Part shown: positions 41,900 to 54,000 of the stretch, piece after piece | Numbering within the stretch: the first letter of the stretch is position 1 | How the letters are laid out: each line of letters starts with the position of its first letter | The notes under the pieces: generated by a model | Database searches by the model: none | The model's input: only the letters and a program-made list of their open reading frames with translations | What the model was told of the DNA's origin: nothing | Made by a program: the position numbers and the translations under genes | Assembly (NCBI GenBank): GCA_030141605.1 | Contig: JAQGDQ010000074.1 | Location: 1 to 64,000, forward strand | Length of the DNA: 64,000 nt | Direction of reading: 5' to 3' | Origin: Tubiluchus corallicola | Lineage: Eukaryota; Animalia; Priapulida

Positions 41900-42072
41900 T
41901 CAATTCACAATCACATTTTTGATAACATGTATAGCTTCCCCATCAGTACCACAAAGAAGAATATTGGCAATAATATCTATAGTATTCACAGGCATGATGT
42001 TTTCTGGAATGAGTGAAGATATGTCCATTTTTTGCTTTGCTGCATTAATACATAACCACGGGTTCACATCGC
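41900..42072 (-). CDS. NUP43: NUP43 coding exon 8 (last)
   Basis: Acceptor tctttag; DVNPWLCINAAKQKMDISSLIPENIMPVNTIDIIANILLCGTDGEAIHVIKNVIVN followed by TGA. Confidence 0.92.
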
Positions 42073-45000
42073 CTAAAGACAAATGACTCAGCATTAGTAT
42101 AAACCCTTGCAACTATGTAGGTTAAAAATCTTGCAGTGCAGTACAATAGAGGAATTGGTTTTTTACGGTAAAATGAAGCAAAGAATTCAGAAAGCTCTTT
42201 TTAATGCCGAGAAAGTAACAAACCAGCAATATTTAAAACTATTACTGTCATGCATAATTTTGTACTAACCAGATTGTAAAGCTTTTTTAATCATCGAAAC
42301 ATCCCACTGCCACACAGATCCATCTTCTGAGCAGGTAAATAAATTATCTGGATATGATGGATGAAACCTAACTTCCCACACTGGAATAATACATAAAATA
42401 CATTTTAAAAATTTCTGCATTAGAAAGGGGGTTCTGTTGCTAGTATCACCAGGAGCTATTCTGAGCAACACTAAACTACTGAGTACGAAAAATAAATATT
42501 TTTTCAAAACTTTTCAGTTCAATATCATCCGATCTAATCAGTAGATATTCTGAGATCAGACTTCATTGATAAATTCAATATCTATGTCATCCACTTCCAG
42601 GCCAGGATGAAGGTGTGTTACTGTTTACTGCGCGAGACTGTGCTCAAACTTTTCTGGAATTTAGCCCTTTTGAACTCATGTTTGAGTACTCTTTACTAGG
42701 CCTGTTGAACTTTGGAAAGAAAAATGGATTTGTGATAAATTTGTGAGCTTCATCTTTTAGAGTATGCTTGTTGTTTCCAAGAAAAATTAACTCTAGCTTG
42801 CACAGTAGCTTAACTTGACAAAAAGCAAAGTAAATATTGAAAATTTGGTATAATAAGAATGCAAGAATAATAAGAGCTCACACCTGCAAAACTTCTAGTG
42901 ACTAAGTTCTGGTGACTCCTAGTGACAAAGTTCTAGTTATCTTTGAAAGCCCTGTAAATATCTTATAAGTCAGATACCATGGTCCATATGAAAATGAGTC
43001 ATAGGTCAGTGATACCAACTATATTGTGATGATGCCAAATAGGTGTAAGACAAAGCAGCTGTGTCACATTATGATACTCAAAGACTATGTTGAGAGGGGT
43101 GACATGAATATTGTACTAAAGCCAGTGTCATTAATGGAAAACTGCCAGAGAACAATATCATTGACCATCGAAGCATTCCGGACGTGCATCTTCCAGATTT
43201 GTCAGGCATAGACCATCCCGTTGGATACCTCCAAGAAATTCAACCAGCACAAGATCACCTTTGACAAGGAATGCCTGGTTTAGGTGATCGCACTGCAGTA
43301 TTTTGATGTGTACTTCAAAACAACGGTGTCACCTGTGCTTGCGCTCAATAATCACAACTCTCTCACGTTGGTTAGGAAAATGAAAAGCAGAAATCACAGA
43401 TTGTTGCATCGGCATTTAGCTCTGCAGGAGCATAATTTAGATATATGGCACATCAAAAGCACACAAAGTATAATAGGAGATGCCTTGTCTTGAGTTAGTT
43501 AAATAATATGCATATATGCTGTAGAGTATTGTACTATGACTTGAACTTCATTAGATCCATGGGTATAGCAGTGCATTTATTATTCTGTATTTCAATAAAC
43601 AGCATTCTGGGATTACCACTAAATGTCTGCTTTCGTCTTTAAATGATCTGTCAGAAAACATGACAGAACATGGCGACTCTATGAACTATAACATGACAGA
43701 ACATTCTATAAACTGTAAAAGTCATAGCGTGTCTCTGCACAAATAGAAACTATCATCGATTTTAAGTGTACATGTCCAACAGACAGGCAACATGGTTTTT
43801 AAAAAAAACAATGGCTAATGTCAGTGCACACATCGGCAATATTTCTGAGTTTAAACCATGTACAGAAGACTGGGAAAATTATTCGAAAAGGCTTCAGTTA
43901 TGGATGCAGGTAAATAAAATCCCAGACAATGAAAATGTTGGTGTTCTGCTGACATTGGTATGAGCAGAAGCATTTGAAATGGTAATAAATTTATGCATGC
44001 CTGAAGACCCGACTACAAAAACATTTGCACAATTGACAGAAATGTTGAGGAGAAGTCATTATGCTCCGCCCAGAACAGTAATGGGGGAGAGGTAAAAATT
44101 TAGTAAACGTTCCCAGCAAAGTGACAAACTTAAGAAACAAAATTAAATTTTTATATTAACTAATTTGTTGTTGCATACTTTGAGCATTTTCACAATTAGC
44201 ACATTTTTTTTCAACAAAATAGCATTGGAAGTATATGATACCTAGAGCATTCAAACCCAAAATCCCCAGAACAAAAATATCTTTAAACCAACTCCTACAC
44301 ACATTATCTTAAAGCATTCTGACCATTCTTTATGAATCATAATTAAATTTTTTGCAATGTTTGTTTTTGCAATGCTTTTAGATAAAATATGTGAAGTATT
44401 GCTTTATATTGTTAATGGAAGAATTACTTTGTCCAAAATGTTACACAATTTATGAGTTATACTTTATAGTACCTACAAATAGTACGAACGTGTGATGTTC
44501 GGACCAGTATTTAATTATTTTGCATTTGCAATGTTAGTAATAAGAAAGTACTACATTTAAAGTATACTTACTGTCACCAGAATGTGCATTAAGAAGAGTT
44601 GCAGGGTATTTGTCTTGTCTAAGATCCCAAATGCACAGCATGCCATCTTGGCCACCAGTTGCTAAAACATGTGGCTGCCCAGGGTGCTTGTCTACACAAT
44701 GCAAAGGCACAGTGTCTCCAGTTCTGAAATACAGTAAATATTGTTAAAAGAAGCCACGACTTCCATGGAAAATAATGTGAAAGACTTGAGATAATTTCCA
44801 GAGGCAAACGTCAATCTTGTTTAATCCATATAAATTAAACATTTTATGAGCTTATTCATATTTCTACTGATTCGTGTCTTTCTTGCAAATACATGTAGAT
44901 CTCGCTTGATACAAACAGCTAGCATTAAATTTTAGCAGTCATTCGGGAAGCAAAAACGCAAATAATTGTACTATTCTGCGTTACTAATGCATTTTTTAGA

Positions 45001-48000
45001 ACAGAATTATGCAAAAAACACTGTTTCAATGTTTCATATTAGGTAAAAAAGTTGTTGATAAAGTAAAAATTGCTTTGACCAAAGTAAAAGAATAGCTATT
45101 AAAACGAAACATGTATTTTTAAGTGAAAAAAGTGTCAATGTTCAGTGTCGTTAACAGGGGCGTATTAACCAATAGGCTAATTAGGCTATAGCCTAAGGCA
45201 GCAAAGTTTGAGGGTGTCACATTTTAGAAAATATTTATTCCCCTCAAAAAATGTGTATACTTTTATAATCACGTAAAAGGCACATTTTATAACACAGTAC
45301 AGGCAGTTACTGAGCGAAGCTGTTATACAAGTACCACTTAACAAGCAGGTGCAAGGTATTACACAACAAGCAGTTGTGCAGCCTGCTTAAATATAAAATA
45401 CATAGAAATACATGTAATTAATAATAACTATGTAGAAACTAGGTATTGTGTCGTAAAGTGTTGATACACTCCTAGTCGTTAAAACATCGCTAAAGCGAGG
45501 CTTACTGTATAGATGACAGTTGATTTTGCCACCCAATCAAAATGTAGACTAGACTATAGTGGGTCTAGTCTACTAACACCAGCAGCTACAGCTACACCAA
45601 GCTAACCATTGTTGGCTTAAAAAACATTTTTTCTTTGATATCAACATTCATTCACTGCATTTTATTAACATAGTTGCTTTTAACATTCAAACGTCAGCAG
45701 TTCTGTACCTGAAATGACTTTTCTAGGTCACCTGTTCTGGCTTCCACTCACTATACACGTGATTTGCTAAGATGTCTCTCCATGGCATGCTTAAAAGTTA
45801 CACCTCTATGAGGGTGTGCAAAACAAATGAAGTTTAGTTGAAGATACACGTTTTGGTGTCGACATATTGAATTTTCATCTATAATGATCTTTTGGTAATT
45901 CAGTCACCAACAGGGAGTTAGTTGGTAGGAAAGAAAGTGAAGGTTTTGGGTTAACCTCATCAATCAAACTAAACATGGATCCACCTTCAGTTAGCTTGAT
46001 GAAAACCAAGGATAAAAAAGTAACAGCCATCAAGTGGCAAAATAAGTCAAACATGATCTAAAAATTCAAATATGAATAATTCATTACAGGAACTTTGCAA
46101 ACAAAAAGTGACAATAAAAACGACACTTGTAAGGCTTAGGCAAGATAATGTAGATGAATAAGTGCATGATAAATTAATCATGTTTATGGAACCACTACCA
46201 ATTTCAAACTCTGTTATTACAAGAAAATAATGCCAGCAATAAAGATTCTTCTTTCCATCTAATTCGCCCTGTTAATATTTTTTTATCATACACCTGACCG
46301 GGAATTTTACAATTCTATTTATAAATTCATAAATTATCTGGCACAGCCATATAAAAGTGTATTTTTTTAATTAAAAACATAAAACACAATAATTATTATA
46401 ATATTGCTGTTTCAGAGAGACACAGCCATGTTTTTCTATAGCTCACTCTTGGCCAGGCTTGTCATTTCATATGATGCTGATTATTGTAATAATGGCAGAA
46501 TAGTGTTGCTACTTAACCATAATTTTCAGAACATACGTTCTTACTGTACAAAAAAAGAGACTATATGATAATTCGTAATTGTACAATAATTTAGTAATGC
46601 GAAACAAAAACTAAAGAACAAAGCATGAAAAAATGTGCACAGAAAAAATATAAAAATGTGAATGCTATCCAGTGGGTAATAAAAAGTTTCCTCCCTCCTT
46701 ATTGACATCTTTTGAGTTCATGAGGTAAGACAGAAACAAATTTTTTGGGGCTGGCCTAATGTATGGTAGGTTTATGGCATGATCAACTAATGTTAAACAA
46801 GAATAGCTGCCTTGAGAAATGTTTTAAGTATAGGTAAACTTTGCACTTGACAAAACTGTACAAGGCCAAATAAAAGATTGACAATTATGACACGCAGGCA
46901 AGATGGCATTACTAAAAAATATGCACACACCAAAATTGCGACAACAATGACAATGAACTGACTGCTACTGAGAGCATTTAAAGTATCGTGTAAACAACCA
47001 AACTGAAAATGTTTAAGTCAACTGAAAACATACAGCAAGAGTGTTCGACAAGGTTTGGTGCTTCCTTCACGTATATCCCAGACTTTCAACTGACCAGCAG
47101 AGTTGGTTGTAGCTATTTCAAACTTTTTCAAGAAAGTTACATCATTTATAGTACAGCTGTCTGCATTATCTAGAAAAGATGAAAAGAAAATGTAAAATAA
47201 AGTTCTCCAAAGAGAAGTGCTAACAGACCAAGCATTTTACACTTTTCAGAGGCTAGTTCAGACTGAAATTTGGTTACAAGTGGCAAGTGGTCGTTAAAAA
47301 ACTATTTAAGATCTCCAGATAGCTTCAGAAGTATTGCAGTGTTGCATTGAAAAATAGTAACTGATGGCCTGACCCTTTGATCCAAATTCAAATGCCACGG
47401 TACTGTGCCTTAGGCCTGTAACGATACAGCGATGCATCGTGGCACCTTTTGTGACGATCAAAGTGCACCAGCATCGTGATAATCTAGATAATTGATATTA
47501 GCACATGCTTGATTGTCTGCTGATAAAAACAATGTGAAATAATTCAAGCTACAGGTGTAGAATGTAGGTACTGGTACTGTGGGTACCTAACAATCCGTGC
47601 ACTGAGCGCAGCATTAGCAGACTTGACAGAGGCAGACATGCTGCTAGCAGCCAAAGCGAAGCGGTTGTGTTTATAATATTTTATAGTAGGCTAATTACAT
47701 TTTTGCTACATAAGCTTCTCAATCTGCTTGCAGCAAATGTGGACTAGAAAATGTACCAGCATATGTTAAATCAAAAGTATTGAAATATTTTGCATTTCTG
47801 GTGGCTTATAATGCATTATGCAAACAACACAGGAGTATACAAAGAAATCAAACAGTTTGCTGAATTATTTTAGCACTTAGCAATCTTAAAATTGTTTGAT
47901 ACATCTAATATATATATATATATATATATAATATCAACAGCTTAACATAGTTCTTTATTCAAGCCGGCAAACGTTAACTCAATGTGTATCGTGAGGTTCA

Positions 48001-51000
48001 TGTTTTGAGTTATTTAAGGCCACAGCAGAGAAAGGAACATGAAATCTAAATGGCAAGTGATTACAGAATATTAATAACTGTAACTAAGATATTCAGTAAC
48101 TTAACTAGCAATGCTAAAAAAGTTCAGCTGCCTTAGGTGCTAAATGATATGGATATTAGAATTTAATGAACATTAATGTAAACATGTTATTACAAATAGT
48201 GAATCTGTTTACCAACTGTTCGCACTGGAACCTTTTGCTCCATATTTAAGAAGTTAATTCTGCCATCTTCACCAACTGATACTACGTCATCCTCCCTGTT
48301 AGCCAGCGCTGTACATGAACAAGAGACTTTTGAGTAATGATGAACGTGCACATAGCTGTGCACTACCGAAAGAGTCTGTAAACGGAGCAAATAGTTCATT
48401 AATGAACTTAAAATATCAGCTTTTTTACAAACAAATCTGCAAACTTTATTGCATTTCCTTATACATATATATTAAATGTCAAAAACCCAGGAGACTCCAT
48501 TTAGTGGCAATACTACTCTAAACTGTCATCCTACAAAGTATCAGTATAAGTGTAATATATTTCTGACTGGTAATGTCGTACATGCTATAGCGATGTAATA
48601 AAGCATTGAACTTGCAAACTGCAATACTCACACACACTATATCACAGCACTATATCACAGTGTAAAACTTTCTCAATTATGCTGACTTTTCAGAGAAGTG
48701 TCATAGCATTTCTTGAATCACATTATGCAGTTATGGACACATGTACGCCAATCATAGACAAGTTCGAAAGTATAGCTTTAAGAATAAAAACTAATGCAGC
48801 TGTGGTACAAACAAGGCATAAATACATTCAAAAAGGAAAATGGTACCTGAGATTTGGTATGATGTTTATGAAGTGTCACATTTCCAAAGGACGAAGATGT
48901 AAGAATCACGTCATTTGCCAAGAACTGCAAATTATTTCGTAATGAATATTTCGTAATACCATTGTTGATTATACGTGAATTTATATGCAAATTTTTTTGC
49001 GGTGCCTTTGCTAGCACTTAATTAATTTACATGTAAAATTTTGAACACAAACAATTAGCATTCATTCATAGCAGTCTTCATATGTATGTTTTTACGATGT
49101 GCAATGTATGTATGTGCAATTGCCGCACATGATTGCAATCCTAAATATCGAATCTCTAGATGCATTACTACCTGGCTTTAAAATGCAGGAACACATTTCC
49201 CCAATTATTTAGATTAATTCAAGGAGGCTACCAAATAGCAGTAATGGTAGAAAAAATATTACAATTTTGATAATATTTATCTGTTTAAAGCACTGTGTTT
49301 TCATTGTTTTTCAAATTTTTGTTTTTTTGTTTCTGCATAAAATTTACAAGTAATTAAAATTAAGTTTGTTCCATGTATTTGTTCAAATAGAAGTCGTTTG
49401 CTTTGTGTGCCAAACACTGATGCAAGCCAAGCATTGAACAGCAGTACAAGGGCAAAAAAGAAAAGCGATCAATGTTTGCCTCATGTCTAACAATTTTTTT
49501 CCCATAAGCATGAAGCATTTTAATCTAGGTGTAGTTATATCTAGTACAGATAAGTAGTTGTACTGCAAGTACGGGCGACTACATTTACAAACATACTCAG
49601 TCAGAAGAAAAGCTTTACAGTTTATGCCAAACAATCATCTAAATTATAGAGATGCAACGTTACTGACTAGTGAGGAATGTGAAATTGATGTCTTGATTAC
49701 AGTAACTCTGTTCACTGCATGCTCATTTATCCCTGCATAATTTATCAATTTAAAAATTGTAAGAGTTCAAATTAAGCAAACTTCTTTTGCTTGATTTTAA
49801 ATGCACTACAAACCAGAAAATTGCTAAAGCTTAAGATACAAACAAAAGAACATAATAAAGCGTAACAAGTTATTACTAGTAGATCGGTCACATCCCCAAC
49901 ATGGTCCACATCACAAAGCAAGCGTGGCTCCTCCAATACTTCTCCACTACCACAGAATCCATCATCAATTGTCCAGATGCTTAGTTTGTGACTCTAAAAA
50001 TGACAAGCATATTAAGTGTATCAATGAAGCATAGAATACTGATCAGTGTAGAGCCTGCAATTTCTCGACTTGAAACTTATGAGATTATCAGTCTAGAGAC
50101 CAACTAATGAGACCAATGGGATTTACTGCGAAATCTACACTTCTTAGTTACTTCTTATTATATTTTTGAAGAAATGGCTGCAGTAAAATACCATAATAAA
50201 TTGAAAATTTGACGTCATTGCAGATTGCCATGGAGACATCCATAATGAAAGCCTGAATAGTTGATGTTAAGGTCAGTTTCTGGCCTTAACATGTAGGTGG
50301 CAGCACCTATGGAACTTACCTGATTTTTACCTGTGAAGTGGTAAATTGGGTGCCTCGCTAAACACGCTGACACAAGGCTCGGCAAATGTTAAGTAATGTT
50401 TGATAATGTTTAAGTATAGTGTCTCTACCTGATTTGCCGTTAACCTGTACGACGTTTTTAAGAATCTATTAAGTTTTATAGCCGCACGATGTAAGTAACA
50501 TTTAATTTAATATCTTAAATTATAATAATCAATTTATTATACATTTGTATGCAGTGAGAAGCTGTCAATTTATTATTTTCATTTTGTATATACAGAAATA
50601 AAGATTTCTGCGACACACTATGCCATGAAGGAAATTCTTTGTGTCCCCGTCACATTTATTTATCAAGGCTATATTGGAGATAATTCAACGTCAGCCATAA
50701 CCACCTGAGGTTTCATGCCATCGAGCCGCCCAAGTTGATCAAGGTCAGGAAGCCTACAGCACAGGTGTATAACTGCATGCCGGAAGTAGGACAGGAAATG
50801 CGTCTACGCTTCTCAGGCCTGTATTATGTGAATTGCCTATTGCTAAGAACTGTATCAGTATGGTGAACTGACCTGAAATACTAACCTACTGCATAAAATT
50901 ATTGCGTTAATTTTGCGCATAAAGTTATTAAGCCATTAAGACTTGTAAGATTCGCTTGGGCTGTTTAGTACTGAAGTATTGAAGTATTTAATAGTATTGA

Positions 51001-54000
51001 AGTTTTGAAATATTCACAGCCATACCAATTAAGATTACATTTTATTTTCGACTTGGTATTATTTCCACATGTTAGTGTAGAGAATAACGTGAATTTCTAC
51101 ACTGTCAGATAATGCTTTGATTTGTTGTACAGTTTACCTAATTGCCTAAATACTAGTAGTACTGTGCGGTGCATAAAGAATTAGACCATATGTTATCGTT
51201 ACTATTTGACTACATGGATTTTTATGCCTATTTCACTAGTTTATCTACTTAGCTACTTGTATTATTTTTCGGAATTGTACTTTGCTGTATTTTGAAGCAT
51301 GTCTGATTTAGGTAAGAAAACTGTCCCTCAGTTACAGCGAATGCTTAAGGACAAATGTTTACCTGTTAGCGGTCGGAAGCAGGAATTAATTGATAGGCTG
51401 TTGCAGTGCGAAGGCGCAGCTTCCAGCTCAACTGATGATGAAACGCAGCTAACACCTGCCGCTATACCTGACAGTGGGGACAAAGAGGAAAACTTACGCG
51501 AGCTAAGAAGCCACAGAACGCACAAAAGTCACAAGTCTCCTCATTCACGTAGTTCAAAATCAATCACTGTTTCGGCAACAGCACAAAGAATGTCAGCTGA
51601 AGCGAAAAAGGCTGCTCTTATGATTAAGCAACAAGCACTTGCAGAAAAGGCAAAATTGCAGTTAAATGAAATGCAGCTCGAACAAGAAAAGCAAAAGTTA
51701 GTTTTGCAACAAGAACAGTTGAAGATAGCTACTGAAATTAAGCAAGCAGACGCTGAGGCAACTGTCTTTGCTCAGTTTGAAGCCGGTAGTCCACGTTCTT
51801 CCGAGGTCGTTTCCTTTGTTGACAAAAGAGAGCAAACAAGAGACTGGGTAGCAAATTATTGCCAAGAGCAACCAGGATGCAGTTCCTTGCAGGCAGAGCA
51901 ACCAGGAAGCAGTGCCTTTCAGCCAGAGCAACCAGGAAGCAGTTCCTTTCAGGCACCTTTACGTGTCAAGCAACCTGAAATCAAAGGGAGTCCTCTGCCA
52001 GCAGTACAACCCCCTTACCAGTTTTATGGTTGTCCATTGCCTGGTATCGAGATAGAGAAATTCGATGGCAGCCCGTTGCAGTATTGTCGCTTCATTAAAC
52101 AGTTTGAAACAACGGTTGAGAATTACACAACTGACAACGTTGCCAGATTAACACTCCTTCTTCAGTTTTGCAGTGACAAAGTAAAACGTTATATTGACTG
52201 CTGTGTGACAATGGACCCAGTTGTAGGTTACACAAAAGCAAAGCGCATGCTAAAGGAGCGGTTTGGAAATGAATTTAATATCACTCAAGCATGGATCAAA
52301 CAGATTTCGGATTTCAAACCCATTAAGGCTGCGGAATATCAGACATTACAGGAATATGCAGACTTGTTGCGTGCTTGTTATGAAACTCTGTCAAGTTTAG
52401 GTTATTTGTCCGAGATTAATGCTCAAGGAAATCTCGTACAAATCGTGGACAAATTGCCCATTGGCATTCATTCTCACTGGAGGAAAGAAGTTCATAATAT
52501 TAAATCTTCTGGGAGAATTCCAGACATCTTTGATGTTGTCACTTTCATAGAAAGACAGGCACAGATTGAAAATGATCCCACGTTTCATAGGAAACCATCC
52601 GAGAGGAAGGACACCTATAAGCCTAAACCAAAGTCTAATTCTGTAAACATTTTTGCTAGTTCTGGAACATTTGCTAGTTCACATACACGTGAACCTGACA
52701 AATCTGAAGAGAAGACTTCACTTTCATGTACCCTGTGTTCTGAAGCACATCGGCTTCAGAAATGCTTCAAGTTCAAGAGGCTAACTGTACCTGGAAGGCT
52801 AGAGGTAGCCAAGCAACACAAACTATGTTTTAATTGCCTGAAGCCTAACCACAGTAGTGCATCATGTAGGTCAGCCAATCGCTGTGATGTTTGCAAGAGA
52901 AAACATGCCACTTTCTTGCATGCTCAGAATGTGCGAGGAAATATTAGCACTGCTGCTGCTACACACAAACCCAACAGCAGGCCGTATAGTGGAGAAGAAA
53001 AAGAAAAGAAGAATAATGAAGAAGATAACGAGAAACTAAAAGAAGAAGATAGTGAGCACAATTGCCAAAGTGGTTACATAAAGAAGACGCATGAGCCTTC
53101 TAAGTGCAATGTAGCTTTGCCTATCTTGCCAGTATTTGTTAACATACCAGGTGGTAAACCATTAAAGACACTAGCACTTCTTGACCCTGGTTCGACAAAT
53201 ACATTCTGCTCTAGCCAAATATATGAAAAGTTAGGTGCTCAGGGCAGAGAAGAAACATTAATTTTGACAACGCTTGATGCTAAACAGAGCCAGAAGAAGA
53301 GTAAAGTCACTAAACTACAAGTGTCTGATCCAAACTACAATGTCACCATAGATCTCCCTCTTGTCTTTACAAGACTATCCCTTATGTTAGAGATGGAGCA
53401 TTTACCTGTTTATGAGAACTTGAGCTCTTGGCCACACTTACAAGGCATTGACGTCTATGTTGCCCAGGACAGATCTCAGTCTCTGGAACTTGGCCTTCTC
53501 ATAGGGCAAGATGTGCCTGAAGCTCTCGCTCCAATTGAAATAAGAAAAGGACCTAAACATGCTCCTTGGGCATCGCTCAGTGTCTTGGGTTGGACCCTAA
53601 ATGGACCACTTGGACCAACTGAAGCCGAGCATATCAGTTGTAACCTTAGCATTTTGCAGCCTGTAACACTGGAGCAACAAGTAGAGCGATTCTGGCAGCT
53701 AGAATCTTGTGAAGATAACAGCCATAAACCTTCTGTCGAGGATGTAAGAACTGTTAACATCTGGGAAAGATCCGCAACACTGACTGAAGACCACCACTAT
53801 ATGATGGATATCCCATTTAGAAGCGAATCTCCCGATTTGCCAAATAATAAAGCTGTAGCAGAGAAGAGACTTGAAGGTTTGAAGAAGAAGTTTAAACAAG
53901 ATGAGGTCCTTCACAACAAATACTCTAAAGAGATTAGTGACTTGCTCGAAAAAGGATATGCTGAACCCGTAAATGAGGAAGCTGCAACCACTGATGGCAA

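Noticed and set aside
47410-48000. hAT-like MITE starting TAGGCCTGTAACGATAC
   Set aside because: No convincing matching right TIR or TSD was found.
53170-53210. Protease DPG instead of DTG/DSG as an inactivating mutation
   Set aside because: LDPGS-type sites occur naturally in BEL/Pao proteases to my knowledge, and the surrounding motif is intact.
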